Source: Gammaproteobacteria bacterium
Lineage (GTDB): Bacteria > Pseudomonadota > Gammaproteobacteria > Burkholderiales > Nitrosomonadaceae
Assembly: GCA_015709635.1 (NCBI GenBank)
Contig: CP054180.1
Span: forward strand, 2,177,431 to 2,241,430
Direction of reading: 5' to 3'
Length of the DNA: 64,000 nucleotides
A program made the translations under genes and the position numbers. Positions 61,430-64,000 of the stretch are shown piece after piece. Positions within the stretch are counted from its first letter, which is position 1. Each line of letters begins with the position of its first letter. Under the pieces are notes generated by a model. The model saw only the letters and a program-made list of their open reading frames with translations. It had not been told where the DNA came from and searched no databases.

Positions 61430-62019
61430 ATGAAGAAAATGCTTTTTGCCTTTGCGCTGTTGGTAGTGTCCCCCCCCCCCCCCTCTTAGCCACCTCTAAT
61501 TTCACCAGCAGCAACGGTATTTTGGTCATACCGGATGTTTCAGTCGATGGCACAACGAATTATGAGAGTGTCACCTTGCAACTCAATCTCGCAACCGGCG
61601 CTTTTTCGATACTGGATGCGACACCGAAAGATACTTCCTTTTCACCCACGGCGCTGGGAACAATGTCTGCTGGAGGAATCAAAGTTGATTTTCATGGTTG
61701 CGCACGTTCGGGACATAATCAAATAACATGCCTGACGAAGGTTGTAAGCCCTAATAAAGATGCCGGCATCAGCGCATTTACAAGCGATCTTTACGATAAC
61801 CTCAGTAAAAAATATTCTTCATCATCTATCACTGCACTCGATAAAGAAAGTGGGTTTTCTGTATTACTTCAATTTGTTGCTATCCAAGGAATACCTATTG
61901 AAGTTAAATTTATCTATGACGATATTGATCCAAGCGCTTCATCGATTTCAACTTTCCAACCAGAATTTGTATTGAACGGCGCCAATGTCAAAGGTAATTT
62001 CAGAAACATTGATTTTTGA
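61430..62019 (+). pseudogene. secreted protein gene frameshifted at a poly-C tract (phase-OFF as sequenced)
   Basis: An AAGGA RBS and the ATG at 61430 give MKKMLFAFALLVVSPPPPS-stop. The 165-codon body (61522..62019) is in the +2 frame. A tract of 15 or 12 C would fuse the two. Confidence 0.6.
61470..61483 (+). repeat. homopolymeric C14 tract
   Basis: Counted directly: 14 consecutive C inside the signal-peptide coding region. Confidence 0.95.
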
Positions 62020-62076
62020 CTTACTCACCGCTTACCCAATCATTCATTTTGCTTCGTGAAAATGAATGGTTGTTTC

Positions 62077-63126
62077 TTATGGCAGGCTATACCACGTTGA
62101 CCGCCCGCCGCCGTGGCGAACCAGAAAGCCTTTTTCCACCAGTGATGTGAAAGTTGCTTTGAGTGTATTCGGGCTTGCGCCGGTTTCGCGCACCATGTCA
62201 CGGGTGGTAACACGGCCATGGTCGCGCACGTAGTCGAGAATTTTGACCGCCAACTCCGGCAGAATGGCGAGCGCGTTCTTCTCGCGCTCCACTTTCACGG
62301 CCAGGCGGCGTTTTTGCTGCTGTAAGGCGCGCAGGAAGAACAGCAGCCAGGGTTGCCAATCCGGGGCTTCGGTGCGGATGATGTCTTGGGTTTGGCGCAA
62401 GGCCAAATAGTAGCCTTCTTTGCTGTTCTCGATGATGCTTTCAAGTGACGAATACGGCACATAGGCATAGTCGGCCTGCAACAGTAGCAACATGGTCAGT
62501 ATGCGGCTCAGGCGGCCGTTGCCATCCTGAAAGGGGTGAATCTCCAGGAAGGTGACAATGAAGATGCCGGTTATTAGTAGCGGATGAAGGCGCGCCAGCT
62601 CACGGGTGTCTTTCAACCCTTGCACCAGTTCCTGCATCCGGCGCGGCGTATCAAACGGTGAAGCGGTCTCGAATACGATGCCGATCATTTTTCCGTCTGC
62701 GTCGAAGGCTCCCACGTCATTGCGCAACGTCTTGTATTCACCCCGATGCCGTTCGTCCTTGTCGCTGTAGCGCAAGAGATCACGATGAAGCTGTTTGATG
62801 TGATTCTCCGTAATGGGAATGTCAGCCCAGGATTGAAAAACGGTTTCCATCACCTCGGCATAACCGGCAACTTCCTGCTCGTCGCGGCTGGTGAAGCGTT
62901 TGATTTCCAAGTTGGTCAGCAGGCGCGCCACTTCCCGGTCGGTCAGCTTACTGCCTTCGATACGGATGGAAGAGCCGATACTCTCGATGGTGGCAATATG
63001 ACGTAGCGCTTTCAGGCGCTCCGGCGCAAGTGTGCCAAGCGCGCACCAGGCGCCTTTGAATTCGTCAATCTCGGCAACCAGAACGAGCAGTTCCGGCGTA
63101 ATCTGAATTGTATCCGTCTTCATCAT
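62077..63126 (-). CDS. Fic-family protein (class II, internal inhibitory helix) with C-terminal winged helix
   Basis: Fic motif HPFQDGNGRLSR. N-terminal SIRIEG matches the S/TxxxE(G/N) inhibitory motif. C-terminal wHTH-like ILDYVRDHGRVTTRDMV. Confidence 0.85.
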   Translation of the reverse strand: MMKTDTIQITPELLVLVAEIDEFKGAWCALGTLAPERLKALRHIATIESIGSSIRIEGSKLTDREVARLLTNLEIKRFTSRDEQEVAGYAEVMETVFQSWADIPITENHIKQLHRDLLRYSDKDERHRGEYKTLRNDVGAFDADGKMIGIVFETASPFDTPRRMQELVQGLKDTRELARLHPLLITGIFIVTFLEIHPFQDGNGRLSRILTMLLLLQADYAYVPYSSLESIIENSKEGYYLALRQTQDIIRTEAPDWQPWLLFFLRALQQQKRRLAVKVEREKNALAILPELAVKILDYVRDHGRVTTRDMVRETGASPNTLKATFTSLVEKGFLVRHGGGRSTWYSLP

Positions 63127-63326
63127 ACCGGAATATATACCGGATTAAGCCGGATTGTCTATCCGGAAACCCGGCGTTGAAGCAATTCCCTTCTGACCGG
63201 CAAGCTAAGATAAAATCAAGCATTGCGGTGAGAGTGACACTCAATCGCGTAGTCTACTAAAGTAATTACTGGTGATTCTTAACATCTATCCAGTTAAAGT
63301 TAAATTTTCAAACTAAATCAATTCAC

Positions 63327-63746
63327 ATGGACGAACAATCAAGCCTTCTGGCGTTATTCACCAGCAGTTTCCTCGCTGCCACTCTGCTTCCCGGCGGATC
63401 GGAGGCTGTGCTCGTGGGGGTTTTGCTGGCGTATCCGGATTTGCACTGGCAAGCGCTGATTTTGGCGACGATCGGCAATACGTTGGGTGGGATGAGTTCG
63501 TATTGGATTGGGCGGTTGCTGCCGGATGAGAAAGCCGTGTTGAAGAAAGCGGGAGGCAGTGCGCGAGGGTTGGAATGGGTGCGGCGGCATGGCACGCCTA
63601 TTCTGCTGTTATCGTGGGCACCGCTGATTGGTGATTTGCTGTGTGTGGCGGCGGGATGGTTGCGCACCAATTGGTTGTGGGCGCTGCTGTTTATTGCGGC
63701 GGGGAAATTTGCCCGCTATTGGGTGATTGCGGCTGCGGTGAATTGA
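63327..63746 (+). CDS. yqaA: YqaA/DedA-type small membrane protein
   Basis: 139 aa, four hydrophobic segments. FLAATLLPGGSEAVL and APLIGDLLCVAAG are typical of YqaA. Confidence 0.7.
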   Translation: MDEQSSLLALFTSSFLAATLLPGGSEAVLVGVLLAYPDLHWQALILATIGNTLGGMSSYWIGRLLPDEKAVLKKAGGSARGLEWVRRHGTPILLLSWAPLIGDLLCVAAGWLRTNWLWALLFIAAGKFARYWVIAAAVN

Positions 63747-63757
63747 GTGGGTTTGCG

Positions 63758-63803
63758 ATTACGATTCAGTTTATTCATCGATGCGAATAAACTGAATCGT
63801 AAT
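63758..63803. terminator. 19-bp perfect-stem hairpin between convergent yqaA and grxD
   Basis: ATTACGATTCAGTTTATTC-ATCGATGC-GAATAAACTGAATCGTAAT. No strong T tract, so it could instead be a palindromic repeat. Confidence 0.45.
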
Positions 63804-63821
63804 GGATCGATTAAACCGCTA

Positions 63822-64000
63822 TCAATTTTCAAACAGTTTCTGTAATTCACCGTTTTGATACATTTCGGTCACGATATCCGAGCCGCCAATAAACTCACCA
63901 TTGACGTATAACTGGGGAATGGTAGGCCAGTTTGAATAATCCTTGATACCCTGCCTGATTTCCGGATCTGCCAGTACATCCACAGCGTAAACATTATCAA
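63822..64000 (-). CDS. grxD: monothiol glutaredoxin (Grx4/GrxD), C-terminal part; 5' end lies outside the window
   Basis: Reverse translation gives ..[48 protein letters not shown]-stop. Confidence 0.8.
   Translation of the reverse strand, partial: DNVYAVDVLADPEIRQGIKDYSNWPTIPQLYVNGEFIGGSDIVTEMYQNGELQKLFEN

Noticed and set aside
1-64000. CRISPR arrays, rRNA genes, and prophage or defence-island hallmarks
   Set aside because: I saw no regularly spaced direct repeats, no rRNA-like stretches, and no phage structural genes, restriction enzymes or cas genes in any frame.

Overview
Most of this 64-kb window reads as a Nitrosomonas-like (betaproteobacterial ammonia oxidiser) chromosome segment; that assignment is an inference from gene content. 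The housekeeping genes (44.6-64 kb) include copper nitrite reductase NirK, an SmbP-like His-rich protein, a CADD/NE1434-type protein, metE-metR, gshA-gshB, a Kef-type antiporter, mpl, apt and gluQ. This backbone is interrupted by a low-GC (about 40%) exopolysaccharide locus at 19.5-34.1 kb. That locus encodes a GDP-mannose-dehydrogenase-like enzyme, a heparinase II/III-like protein, an AsnB-like amidotransferase, three glycosyltransferases, four methyltransferases (one disrupted), an alkaline-phosphatase-superfamily enzyme and a TagD-like cytidylyltransferase. A 10.4-kb nest of degraded insertion sequences follows at 34.2-44.6 kb (IS1182, IS481, IS427-type IS5, IS3, IS21 and IS5 families), with more IS30/IS1182 debris at 15.3-16.3 kb. 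Three paralogous secreted jelly-roll proteins, two with a C-terminal FN3 domain, flank the EPS locus; two of them share perfectly identical DNA blocks in inverted orientation. The first ~4.2 kb is different: it carries opgG-opgH, whose products look enterobacterial rather than betaproteobacterial, suggesting very recent transfer or a chimeric join. Other notable items are a C1 peptidase plus chagasin-type inhibitor pair, an SbtA/SbtB-like pair, a short-LOV/SRPBCC/NDH-2 operon, a 14-C homopolymer that frameshifts a secreted-protein gene, and a ~105-bp structured insertion splitting a methyltransferase gene. I saw no rRNA, complete tRNA or CRISPR array. All family calls come from reading motifs in the translated ORFs; no database search was run.
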